From a virus (lineage: Duplodnaviria > Heunggongvirae > Uroviricota > Caudoviricetes): a stretch of 64,000 bases of DNA. The notes beneath the pieces were generated by a model. It ran no database searches. It had not been told where the DNA came from and was given only the letters and a program-made list of their open reading frames with translations. Shown piece after piece: positions 40,784-49,827 of the stretch (within the stretch, counting starts at the first letter, position 1; every line of letters starts with the position of its first letter). The stretch is taken from the IMG/VR virus record IMGVR_UViG_3300029305_011675; one strand, given 5' to 3'. The translations under genes were made by a program, and so were the position numbers.

Positions 40784-42373
40784 ATGAAATTTAATGCAAA
40801 ATCCCGCAAAGGTTTTACTCTGATTGAACTCCTTGTAGTCATCGGCATTTTAGCAGTACTCGCTGCTATTGCAATCCCATCTGTTGCTGGTCTGATTGAC
40901 CGTGCAAATCAATCATCAGATGCCACAAACAGCAATGAAATGACGAATGCAATCGAGAGATTCGCATCAGAGTATGAACTCTACAAACAAGACATCGCAA
41001 GTGGCACACTCGATGTAAATAATTTAGATTCTGCACAAGGCAGAGTTTATAATGTAACCAAAGTTGTTGACCGTAATGGTATTACAAATTTGGAGAAAGA
41101 TACATCTGCTGGTCCAGAAACAACAGGCCCTGCAATTTATAGAGATACAAAATATCCTGTAAATGCAGAGACAGTTAAATTAATTATCCAAAACTACACA
41201 AAAACTTCCAGTTCTACATTTGAACCAAAACAAAGTGATATGCACTATTGGTATTCCCCAGAATGTGGTGTTGTAGTAGTTGCAACCCCCAATTCCTCCG
41301 TTGCAGAGAAAAATGATTTAATTATCTCTGGTATGGATGCAAAGGGTAATGCGCTTGTTGACGAAGGAGAAAATGTAACAATTTGGATTGATATCACAAT
41401 CAACATTACAATTAACGGTGGTGCTGGTGGTGAAGGTGGCGGAGAAGAACCTGTAACACCGCCTACTCCTGTGACTGCTGTAATTCCAAGTGGTGGTACA
41501 TATTATGTTGGTGTAGGTAGCGGAAATGTATCAAGTGCTTCTGAAGTTTTAAACGCTGGTGACAATTTCCCAGAAACTCCACAAAATGGAGATGTTTATG
41601 TTTACAACAAATACGAATACCGATACAACTATTATAGCAATATGTTTGGAACTTGGATTTCGAAAAACCAAGATGGTTGGGGTGTAATATATAAGAGCAC
41701 CGACACCATAGCACCAGATATGCTATTTGAAATTGCAGGTAAAAAAGTAAATAATCTTTCTGCGACATATTACACAAAGAAAATAACCAATACACCAGCA
41801 ATCCCAACAGATGTTATTAATATGGACTACACATTTGCATGCACAAATATCTCCACATATCCACAGTTAGAAAATTGCAACAAACTAACATCTATGGAAA
41901 AAACATTCTACCAATGCTATAATCTTTATGATGTATCTGGTTTAGTAATTCCTAAAAATGTCACAAAAATGGATTATACATTTGGAATGTCTAATGTGGA
42001 AAATATACCAGACTTTTCTAAAGCAACAAGTCTTACCACATTAAGTTATACATTCTTACAGTGCAAAAACCTCAAAACAGCAAACAATAGTGTATTGCCA
42101 CCCAATTTAACTGTTTTGTATTGTACTTTCCAACAATGCGAAAAACTCACAACTGCACCTGTAATTCATTCGAAAATTACATATATGCAACAAGCATTCT
42201 CTGGATGTTTATCTCTTACTGGCGAAATTCGCATTGAAGCAAATACAATGAGTGGTCAAAATTCTTTCTATCAAACAACAAAACCAATTGTGATTGTAAG
42301 CAATTTAAGTAATGATGTTTTAGAAAGTCTCTGTTCAGGTCAAAGTAATGTAACTTTCCAACAACCAAAATAA
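40784..42373 (+). CDS. Type IV pilin-like protein 3 with a different LRR-like C-terminus
   Basis: KG|FTLIELL; repeats of type IP..V..MDYTF..C. Confidence 0.85.
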   Translation: MKFNAKSRKGFTLIELLVVIGILAVLAAIAIPSVAGLIDRANQSSDATNSNEMTNAIERFASEYELYKQDIASGTLDVNNLDSAQGRVYNVTKVVDRNGITNLEKDTSAGPETTGPAIYRDTKYPVNAETVKLIIQNYTKTSSSTFEPKQSDMHYWYSPECGVVVVATPNSSVAEKNDLIISGMDAKGNALVDEGENVTIWIDITINITINGGAGGEGGGEEPVTPPTPVTAVIPSGGTYYVGVGSGNVSSASEVLNAGDNFPETPQNGDVYVYNKYEYRYNYYSNMFGTWISKNQDGWGVIYKSTDTIAPDMLFEIAGKKVNNLSATYYTKKITNTPAIPTDVINMDYTFACTNISTYPQLENCNKLTSMEKTFYQCYNLYDVSGLVIPKNVTKMDYTFGMSNVENIPDFSKATSLTTLSYTFLQCKNLKTANNSVLPPNLTVLYCTFQQCEKLTTAPVIHSKITYMQQAFSGCLSLTGEIRIEANTMSGQNSFYQTTKPIVIVSNLSNDVLESLCSGQSNVTFQQPK

Positions 42374-42390
42374 TCTATGTACGAATAACA

Positions 42391-42425
42391 AATAATGGCA
42401 TTCGAGAACGAATGCCATTATTTTT
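42391..42425 (+). terminator. Intrinsic terminator after pilin-like gene 3
   Basis: AATAATGGCATTCG/CGAATGCCATTATT + T-run. Confidence 0.85.
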
Positions 42426-42450
42426 ATAAAACATTTTTACTCGTTAAGTG

Positions 42451-42479
42451 TTGACAAAGTCGTTTTAATATGATATAAT
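42451..42479 (+). promoter_or_regulatory. Consensus sigmaA promoter of the RT cassette
   Basis: TTGACA-17 nt-TATAAT with extended -10 TG. Confidence 0.85.
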
Positions 42480-42485
42480 AAAAGT

Positions 42486-42673
42486 AGAACAAAAAATGTT
42501 CCTATATCGTTATTTTCAAATGCATAGCACCTGCGACGAACACAGCATCAAATGGAATAATATTGTGCAGGTAATATTTTGATGTACGGTTCAGTATCAA
42601 ATAAATTTGATTTTAAATTCTTTGAAAATAACTACAAAAGTGCCTGCAGTTCGTAGCAGGCACTTATCTTTTT
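42486..42673 (+). ncRNA. Putative RT-associated structured RNA or leader
   Basis: Perfect 12-bp inverted repeat 42509-42520/42621-42632; 10-bp hairpin 42638-42665; alternative pairing 42530-42541/42649-42660. Confidence 0.6.
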
Positions 42674-42686
42674 AGGAGGAAATCAA

Positions 42687-43874
42687 ATGAGCATTATAGA
42701 GTTGTTAAAAAACGAAAATGTTTGGTATGATTTTTTACAATATAAAATTGACGGTGGACACCTACCTAAACGAGACCAAGAAAGATTAGAAGACTATATA
42801 AAAAATAGAGAATACGAACCCGTTGTCGAAGATATTATAGAAGGAAAGCAATTTGCAATTCCAACTATAAAACACATAAACAAGAAAAATTCCACAAAAA
42901 AGAGAACCGTTTTCTTATTTGACGAAAAGGAAAATTTTGTATTAAAAGCACTTATGTTTCTTCTCTATAAATATGACAATATCTTTTCACCAAATTTATA
43001 TTCTTTTAGACAAAATATAAGTGTAAAAACAGCAATTGCCGATATTACCAAAAAAGATATTAAAAATATGTATGGGTACAAGGTAGATATTCATAATTAT
43101 TTCAACTCTGTTGATACAGAAATTATGACTAAAATTTTGCACGACAAAATAAAAGACGATGAGTCATTAGTTAATTTTATTATTTCAATTATTTCAGAAT
43201 CAAAAACTTGGTTCAATGGCAAAATGATAAATTGCGAGAAAGGAATTATGGCAGGCATCCCTATTTCTGGTTTTCTTGCCAATCTTTATCTCGAAGGACT
43301 CGACAGATGGTTTTATGAGCAAGGTATTTTATATGCAAGATATTCAGACGATATTATTGTTTTTGGAGAAACAAAGGAAAAGGTCGATGAGTACAAAAAT
43401 GTTATTAAACAATTTCTAACAAGTCGAAACCTGACTATCAATGAAAGCAAAGAGTTTGAGATAGAGCCAAACGGAAAATTAGACTTCTTGGGTTTCTCTT
43501 TTGTAGATGATAAAATTGATTTGTCCGATGTTGCTTTGAAAAAAATGAAAGACAAAATGAAACGAAAAGCAAAAGCACTTGTTCGTTGGAAGATAAGAAA
43601 CAAGGCAAGCGACGAAAGAGCAATTCGTGCATACATCAAACATTTCAATAAGAAGTTTTTTGACAACCTAAAGAACAATGAAATAACTTGGTGCAGATGG
43701 TATTTTCCAATTATTACAACCGATAATTCGTTGCATATATTGGATGACTATATGTTACAAAACATTCGTTATATTGCCACAGGAAAGCATACAAAGGCAA
43801 ATTATAACCTAAAATATGAAACCATAAAAGAATATGGTTTTAAAAGTTTGGTACATGCTTATTATAATTTTTAG
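42687..43874 (+). CDS. Reverse transcriptase, unclassified (not retron, DGR or group II intron by motifs)
   Basis: KVDIHNYFNSVD, GIMAGIPISGFLANLYL, YARYSDD and DFLGF motifs; AGGAGG RBS. Confidence 0.92.
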   Translation: MSIIELLKNENVWYDFLQYKIDGGHLPKRDQERLEDYIKNREYEPVVEDIIEGKQFAIPTIKHINKKNSTKKRTVFLFDEKENFVLKALMFLLYKYDNIFSPNLYSFRQNISVKTAIADITKKDIKNMYGYKVDIHNYFNSVDTEIMTKILHDKIKDDESLVNFIISIISESKTWFNGKMINCEKGIMAGIPISGFLANLYLEGLDRWFYEQGILYARYSDDIIVFGETKEKVDEYKNVIKQFLTSRNLTINESKEFEIEPNGKLDFLGFSFVDDKIDLSDVALKKMKDKMKRKAKALVRWKIRNKASDERAIRAYIKHFNKKFFDNLKNNEITWCRWYFPIITTDNSLHILDDYMLQNIRYIATGKHTKANYNLKYETIKEYGFKSLVHAYYNF

Positions 43875-43882
43875 TAGAATGC

Positions 43883-43912
43883 AAAACCGTCCATTATTAA
43901 TGGGCGGTTTTT
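43883..43912 (+). terminator. Intrinsic terminator after the RT
   Basis: AAAACCGTCCATTA/TAATGGGCGGTTTT. Confidence 0.8.
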
Positions 43913-43994
43913 ACATATATTTTTAAAATATCTTTGACAAGGAAAATAAAATCATCTATAATGATTTTATCACAAAAGAAAGGAATGATTTCTT

Positions 43995-45425
43995 ATGAAA
44001 TTTAATGCAAAATCTCGTAAAGGTTTCACACTAATTGAACTTTTAGTAGTGATTGGCATTCTCGCAGTTCTCGCCGCAATTGCTATTCCTTCGGTAGCAG
44101 GTTTAATTGACCGTGCGAACCAGTCATCCGACAACACAAATGCAAAAGAGATGACAAATGCCATCGAGCGCTTCACTTCTGAATACGAACTCTATTGTCA
44201 GGATGTAGCATCTGGCACATTAGATGTAACAGACCTTGATTCTGCACAAGGAAGAGTTTTCAATGTAACGGAGATTGAAACTCGCAAAGGTGTAGAGATG
44301 ACCGAAAACCTCGGTTATACACACGACATCGTTGCAGTTGACAGAGATACAAAGTATCCAGTTAACGAAGTTACTGCAAAAAAGGTTATCGAAAACTTTA
44401 TGAAGACAAGTTCTTCTACCTTTGAACCAAAGCAGAGTGACTGCAGTTATTACTATTCCCCACAGGTTGGTAAAGTAGTTGTTGCGAAAACTGGCAGTAC
44501 CATTGCAGAATTAAATAAAATTGCTATGGAAGACGAAGTAGAATATGCAACAATTAACAATGGAGAAATCATTGAATGGATTAACCTCTCCGTGAATGCA
44601 GGGAAAGAAGTAAATGATTGGACTTATGTTAATGCAGCAACCCCAACGAACAATCAGTATAAAGAATTAGGTACAAAAGCACCTACTTTCAATATTGAGT
44701 GGAGCGCAAAGAACGAAGCAACTGGTCAACCAGTTACGGTTGGTGTTTCCATTTCTAATTCAAATTATTCTGGTAATGGTACAACCCCTTGTACGATGAC
44801 GAATGTCCCAATGGGCAAATATGCATTGGTAGCAACTTATGCTGGTAATGAGTACAAATTCAACTTGCTTGTTTACCAAGAAGGAATTCAAACATTCAAG
44901 TTAACAATTCCAGGAACTAATATTTCTGTTGGTTCTGATAACGATACATATGTGCCAAGTGGTACTCCTAACACCCCTAACACTCCTGATACTCCCAATG
45001 TACCAACACCATCGATAAAATCCTTTAACATCATTACTGTCGATAAAACAATCCAGTATCAATACGAAGAAGGAATGACATGGCGTCAATGGATTGTTTC
45101 TGATTATAACGATGGCATATTGTTTGTAAAGGAAAGTGGAACAGCACCTGGCATACCACAAACCTTTAGACCTGTACCAGATGGTGTTCTTGCAACTAGT
45201 GTTGGTTATGCTAGAAACAATTCTTCTGTACAAACAGCAGATGCAAGAACCGACTACCAAACAATATTATTTGGAATATATGATACAGGACTTGGCGGAG
45301 GAGCATTTGTGTGCCATCCAGATGATGTAATAAATGGGTCAACACATGAATATGATATGTACTCATATTCCGAATCGGTTTCTAATTTTTCAGGGTATTA
45401 TCTTGTAGAGATTTGGGATGATTAA
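43995..45425 (+). CDS. Type IV pilin-like protein 4 with non-LRR beta-rich C-terminus
   Basis: KG|FTLIELL; TPNTPNTPDTP linker; promoter at 43934. Confidence 0.85.
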   Translation: MKFNAKSRKGFTLIELLVVIGILAVLAAIAIPSVAGLIDRANQSSDNTNAKEMTNAIERFTSEYELYCQDVASGTLDVTDLDSAQGRVFNVTEIETRKGVEMTENLGYTHDIVAVDRDTKYPVNEVTAKKVIENFMKTSSSTFEPKQSDCSYYYSPQVGKVVVAKTGSTIAELNKIAMEDEVEYATINNGEIIEWINLSVNAGKEVNDWTYVNAATPTNNQYKELGTKAPTFNIEWSAKNEATGQPVTVGVSISNSNYSGNGTTPCTMTNVPMGKYALVATYAGNEYKFNLLVYQEGIQTFKLTIPGTNISVGSDNDTYVPSGTPNTPNTPDTPNVPTPSIKSFNIITVDKTIQYQYEEGMTWRQWIVSDYNDGILFVKESGTAPGIPQTFRPVPDGVLATSVGYARNNSSVQTADARTDYQTILFGIYDTGLGGGAFVCHPDDVINGSTHEYDMYSYSESVSNFSGYYLVEIWDD

Positions 45426-45474
45426 TATTTATTCTCAAAAACAAAAACTCTTCGCATAATGCGAAGAGTTTTTA

Positions 45475-46203
45475 TTATTTTTTCAATCTATTTTTTGCAA
45501 CATCAAAATGTTTTTGTTCCAACTCAATACCAATAAAATCCCTATTAGTATTTTGACAAGCAACACCAGTACTGCCAGAACCCATACAACTATCTAAAAC
45601 AGTTTCTCCCTCATTAGTATAGGTTTTGATAAGGAATTCAAGCAAAGCGACTGGTTTCTGTGTGTCATGTAAGTTGCAAGTAAGGCAATCTCTTTGATAT
45701 CTCAACACTTGTGTAGGATATCGCCAACCAGTATCATTATACTCATAAGGTTTCTTTTCGTCTTCGTCAACAAGTTTTCCGAGTTTACCATTTTTAACTT
45801 TATTTGTTCTTTTTGGACCTTCATATTTAATCATTTGAGGATTGTATGTAGGTTGCTTTTTATAAAACATACTAATAACTTCAATAGTTTTGCCAGCACG
45901 ACGTTTCACCTGCGAAATATTCGTAAGTCGTTCTTTTTCCCAATACCAATCAAACTTAAAGTTTTCAATATTGCTTGCTCGCAAAAGAGAAGAAAAAGGC
46001 TCTTGTCCAAATATTGCAATAGCACCATTGTCTTTAATTATTCTATTATATTGTTCCCACATTTTATCAAATGGAATGATAACATCCCAAGGACATTTTG
46101 TAGTCCCATAAGGAGGGTCTACCAAGATAAAATCAACAGATTTATCTGGTATTTGTTTCATTATTTCAAGACAATCGCCTTGGTAGATTTCGATATTGGA
46201 CAT
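45475..46203 (-). CDS. Beta-class N6A/N4C DNA methyltransferase
   Basis: DPPYG, HDTQKPVALL and DSCMGSGSTG motifs. Confidence 0.9.
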   Translation of the reverse strand: MSNIEIYQGDCLEIMKQIPDKSVDFILVDPPYGTTKCPWDVIIPFDKMWEQYNRIIKDNGAIAIFGQEPFSSLLRASNIENFKFDWYWEKERLTNISQVKRRAGKTIEVISMFYKKQPTYNPQMIKYEGPKRTNKVKNGKLGKLVDEDEKKPYEYNDTGWRYPTQVLRYQRDCLTCNLHDTQKPVALLEFLIKTYTNEGETVLDSCMGSGSTGVACQNTNRDFIGIELEQKHFDVAKNRLKK

Positions 46204-46304
46204 TTTATTACCTCTTTTTTGTATTTCTATTGACATTGGTTTTCTTTTGTTTTATAATAGTATATAATAAAAAATTAACATTGTCAATTAATAGGAGGAC
46301 CAAT

Positions 46305-46682
46305 ATGTATATTGCATTTAATTGTTTAGATTTTTTTAGGAAAGGCGAATTTTTCGTTCATAAAAGCAAAAAGGAATGCCCAGAAGGGATGAAGGTTGTT
46401 AGAGTTTCTAAACCTTGTTATCTCGAAGTTAAATTTGGACATCACGAACAAATCGGGACATTTTCTCGTCAAGTTCACAAAATCAAAGAAAATAAAATTG
46501 ATGTTTATAAATGGGGTGCAAGTTTTTGCAATGCTCCCGATGATTTTTCTTCTGAATATGAAGACGATGGAGATGATGGTTATAGATTTATCACTTTTGA
46601 CAATCTTGGTCTCCCATTCTATTGTAGAACAATTCATATCACAAAAGAAATTCTAAATCAAAAGAAAGAAGTGACTTCATAA
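46305..46682 (+). CDS. Hypothetical protein
   Basis: AGGAGG RBS before ATG 46305. Confidence 0.65.
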   Translation: MYIAFNCLDFFRKGEFFVHKSKKECPEGMKVVRVSKPCYLEVKFGHHEQIGTFSRQVHKIKENKIDVYKWGASFCNAPDDFSSEYEDDGDDGYRFITFDNLGLPFYCRTIHITKEILNQKKEVTS

Positions 46683-47894
46683 ATGCAAATAATAGATTTG
46701 TTTGCTGGTTGCGGTGGTTTAAGCACTGGATTTGAGCAGGCGGGTTTTAATATTTCATTGGCAGTTGAAAAAGATTTAGGTGCAACAGAAACTTATAAGT
46801 TTAATCACCCAAACACACAACTTTTAGTAGAAGATATTACCAAATTAAACAATATAACACAATATATCGACAAACCAATTGATGGTGTAATAGGAAGTCC
46901 TCCATGCCAATCATTTTCCTTATCTGGCAACCGAAACCCCAAAGACCCACGAGGTTCTTTATTTATGGACTTTATGAGAATAACTCGTGAAGTTAATGCA
47001 AATTTTTTTGTTATGGAAAACGTAACAGGAATGTTGTCGATGAAAACAGCAAAAGGCGAAAAATATATTGATGTTATTCTCAACGAAATGACAAATAGTG
47101 GATACAATGTTGCTCATTTTGTATTAAATGCGGCAGAATTTGGAGTTCCGCAAAGTAGAAAAAGATTGTTTTTTATTGGTATAAGAAAAGATTTACCTTT
47201 TGACGCAAACTCATTAGAACCAAAAGGTTTTCTATTTGGAGATGACCAAATAACAATAGAACAAGCAATTATGGACTTACCACAAATAAACGCTTGTGAA
47301 GGAGCAGAACAGCAAAATTATAATTGTCTTCCACAAAATGAGTTCCAGAAATATTGTAGGCAAAATAGCGATTATGTTTATAATCATATTGCAATGAAGC
47401 ACACAAAACGTTTAGTGGAAAGATTCAATCAAATTAAATTCGGTCAATCTGTTGCTGATGTACCAGACGAATTTGGTCAAAGAAAAAGAGGAGATGCCTC
47501 TAAATTAAGTGGTAAAAAATATGCCCAAAACAATTTCAGACCGTTTCCGAACAAACCTTCTCCAACAATTCCCGCAAGTTTTCAAAGCAATTTTGTGCAT
47601 CCATTCTTAAACAGGAATTATACTGCACGAGAAGGGGCAAGACTTCAATCTTTCCCCGATACATATATTTTTAAAGGAAACAGAACCAATATGTCTTGGG
47701 AAAAGAACCTATCCCAATACCAACAGATTGGAAATGCAGTCCCACCTCTATTAGCAAAGGCAATTGCAGACACCATACAAAACTACGTGAACCTCACACG
47801 ACTAAAGTCGCGTGCTTCTCCGCTTGTTATTTACAGAGACTCTCTATCTACAGATACGACGCAAAATTCAGGAGAAAAGAACCGAAGTTCTTAA
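46683..47894 (+). CDS. C5-cytosine DNA methyltransferase; last codons replaced by read-through into TnpB element 2
   Basis: DLFAGCGG, PPCQSFS, ENV, QSRKR, RLQSFPD and GNAVPP motifs. Confidence 0.92.
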   Translation: MQIIDLFAGCGGLSTGFEQAGFNISLAVEKDLGATETYKFNHPNTQLLVEDITKLNNITQYIDKPIDGVIGSPPCQSFSLSGNRNPKDPRGSLFMDFMRITREVNANFFVMENVTGMLSMKTAKGEKYIDVILNEMTNSGYNVAHFVLNAAEFGVPQSRKRLFFIGIRKDLPFDANSLEPKGFLFGDDQITIEQAIMDLPQINACEGAEQQNYNCLPQNEFQKYCRQNSDYVYNHIAMKHTKRLVERFNQIKFGQSVADVPDEFGQRKRGDASKLSGKKYAQNNFRPFPNKPSPTIPASFQSNFVHPFLNRNYTAREGARLQSFPDTYIFKGNRTNMSWEKNLSQYQQIGNAVPPLLAKAIADTIQNYVNLTRLKSRASPLVIYRDSLSTDTTQNSGEKNRSS

Positions 47895-49333
47895 ACCCGC
47901 ATTAAGGTTAATTAGTGTAGACAAAGTGCATTGGGTTCTTTTCGCAACAGAAGGAACTTTTGCCTCCAGTTGCGACCTTACCGTTGCCGACAAGGGTTTT
48001 AGTATTTCTCTTATAAAATATCGTGCTCCGATATTATAAGATGCATTTAAATCACTGTGGTATTGTTTACCATTACCGAGAGTGCAGATACTATAATTAT
48101 CTTTCTCTCGTTTTACTTCACCACTACCATCGAATGATAGTTTGCTTGTATTCCAAGCACAGATGTGCGAAATGCGAATTCCCATTCGATGTGCTTTGCT
48201 TGTAACAATACCCTGAATATAGTTTTTTCTCCACATTGTAAGTTTTTGTTTCTTACTGCCAGAGATTTTGCCATTGATATCAAGATGCTCAAAAACGATA
48301 CAATGTACAGCGTTTTGAACAGCACAATCTACTATTGCTTGTGCAATTTTAATAGAATGCTGTTCATTACAGTTCTTGGCATAACTCCACAGTTTAGAAA
48401 CAGATTGATGTTTCTTCTGTTTCTTTTTAATCTTATTCAGTGTATGATACAGACGGTCTTTATCACTCGCAAAGTTGATAAACTTTCTATTGAGGACAGT
48501 TCCGTCCGCAGTCATTACCGAACAAACTGCATCGTTATTGATACCAAGGTCAACTGCTAATACTTTTTGGTTTTCTGCTTTTACTTCATTCAGTTTGACC
48601 TTTTCAGTAAAAGCAAATCTCAAATAGTATTTATTATATCTTCTCTCCAAAATTGGAGCAGACATCTCTTTATTTTGACAATACTTCCGAATATACTTAA
48701 TATCCGTAGCACGAAGATGCACTGGATACCAAACCCAATCATTGTTAATATAAAGTTTTAGATTAACAATGTTAGGATTATCCGTTTCTTCATAAGTATT
48801 ATCTCTATAGAAAATTGGACAACTATAATGTTTGGTCTGCAATCTTGGTGGTTTGCCAATCTTGCCATTCTTTTCCCAATTTTCATAGTTGCTTCTATAA
48901 GAAGATACAATGCCGATTGCATCGGCAATGACTCCTCTACGAAAGTAACTTGGCATTTTGTAAAACAATTGGTCGAACTCTGGGTATTTTGCCTCATTAT
49001 CCTTTGTCGTATGGATAAGATGTTCAACCAAATTATTTTTGCGATTGCCTTTTAGTGCAGAAATACTATCCCACTCATTATTTATAATGGGGATTAAGAA
49101 AGTGAGTGCTTCTCTATATTTATTTACGGTTGGTTTTAACATTTTGTTAATACCAACAATTTGAACCTTATAACTCGTAGTTATGTTCATTCTTTAATAA
49201 GCACTTCCTTTCTGTTTAAGATAGATATATTATAACATATTTTCTTAACAATTGCAACCTTTTTATTTAAGAATAATAAGAAACATCGCCTTACTCACGA
49301 CTAAAGTCACGAGAATGCGGCGATGTTGTTTTA
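47787..49333 (-). mobile_element. IS200/IS605 family non-autonomous element (tnpB only), copy 2
   Basis: Same ends as copy 1; excision restores the MTase end NY-FKNI-stop. Confidence 0.88.
47868..49190 (-). CDS. tnpB: TnpB RNA-guided nuclease
   Basis: RuvC D-E-D intact; highly similar but not identical to copy 1. Confidence 0.88.
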   Translation of the reverse strand: MNITTSYKVQIVGINKMLKPTVNKYREALTFLIPIINNEWDSISALKGNRKNNLVEHLIHTTKDNEAKYPEFDQLFYKMPSYFRRGVIADAIGIVSSYRSNYENWEKNGKIGKPPRLQTKHYSCPIFYRDNTYEETDNPNIVNLKLYINNDWVWYPVHLRATDIKYIRKYCQNKEMSAPILERRYNKYYLRFAFTEKVKLNEVKAENQKVLAVDLGINNDAVCSVMTADGTVLNRKFINFASDKDRLYHTLNKIKKKQKKHQSVSKLWSYAKNCNEQHSIKIAQAIVDCAVQNAVHCIVFEHLDINGKISGSKKQKLTMWRKNYIQGIVTSKAHRMGIRISHICAWNTSKLSFDGSGEVKREKDNYSICTLGNGKQYHSDLNASYNIGARYFIREILKPLSATVRSQLEAKVPSVAKRTQCTLSTLINLNAGLRTSVLFS

Positions 49334-49423
49334 TTCAAAAACATCTAAAAACTATGCACAATTTTCAATGTTTTCTATATTGGATTTTGTGCATTTTTTC
49401 TTTAACTTTTTTCGAAAAAGTAG

Positions 49424-49452
49424 TTGACATTAAGGTTTATCTGTGGTATAAT
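49424..49452 (+). promoter_or_regulatory. Consensus sigmaA promoter of the ncRNA operon
   Basis: TTGACA-17 nt-TATAAT with extended -10 TG. Confidence 0.85.
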
Positions 49453-49474
49453 AACGACAGTCAATGAGACACAT

Positions 49475-49550
49475 GCTCGTGTAGCTCAGTTGGAAGAGCA
49501 CCAGACTTTTAATCTGGGTGTCGAGGGTTCGAGCCCCTCCACGGGCACCA
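49475..49550 (+). tRNA. tRNA-Lys(UUU)
   Basis: Canonical cloverleaf; anticodon arm CCAGA-CTTTTAA-TCTGG; encoded CCA. Confidence 0.95.
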
Positions 49551-49553
49551 TAA

Positions 49554-49820
49554 TAAAACAGTTCCGAAAGGGTTTAATGAAACATCTGCTTCGACAGTAG
49601 ACTGACTTCAAGTAGGACTTGCAGAGAGACTGCAAGGAAATGTGGGACTCCTTATTAAGAATGGAGAGAGACGGGAAAAGAGTCGGGAAAACCGAATGAA
49701 ACCCGAAAACGAGATTAGACTTGGGCGAAACACCAAGTATCGACTGCTCGGCTGTAAATGATGGATATAATCTACCACTATCGCAGGCGCTTGAAATAGC
49801 GGAAATCACAAACTGTTTTA
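49554..49820 (+). ncRNA. ~267-nt structured RNA of unknown family
   Basis: Closing helix TAAAACAGTT/AACTGTTTTA; hairpins CTTGCAG/CTGCAAG, TCGG/CCGA and ACTTGG/CCAAGT. Confidence 0.6.
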
Positions 49821-49827
49821 TTTTTAT

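Noticed and set aside
42547-42562. 15/16-nt match of the RT leader to the MTase gene near 46066
   Set aside because: Short and AT-rich; plausible by chance in 64 kb
42486-43912. Group II intron or canonical retron
   Set aside because: No GUGYG start, domain V/VI or interrupted gene. The RT lacks NAxxH and VTG, and there is no effector gene.
39054-45425. Diversity-generating retroelement targeting the pilins
   Set aside because: No TR/VR pair differing only at adenines was found by eye, there is no avd, and the RT lacks the DGR SQ motif. The short TGGAATA(A/G)TATTG match (42553 vs 40626) does not extend. A computational repeat search should confirm this.
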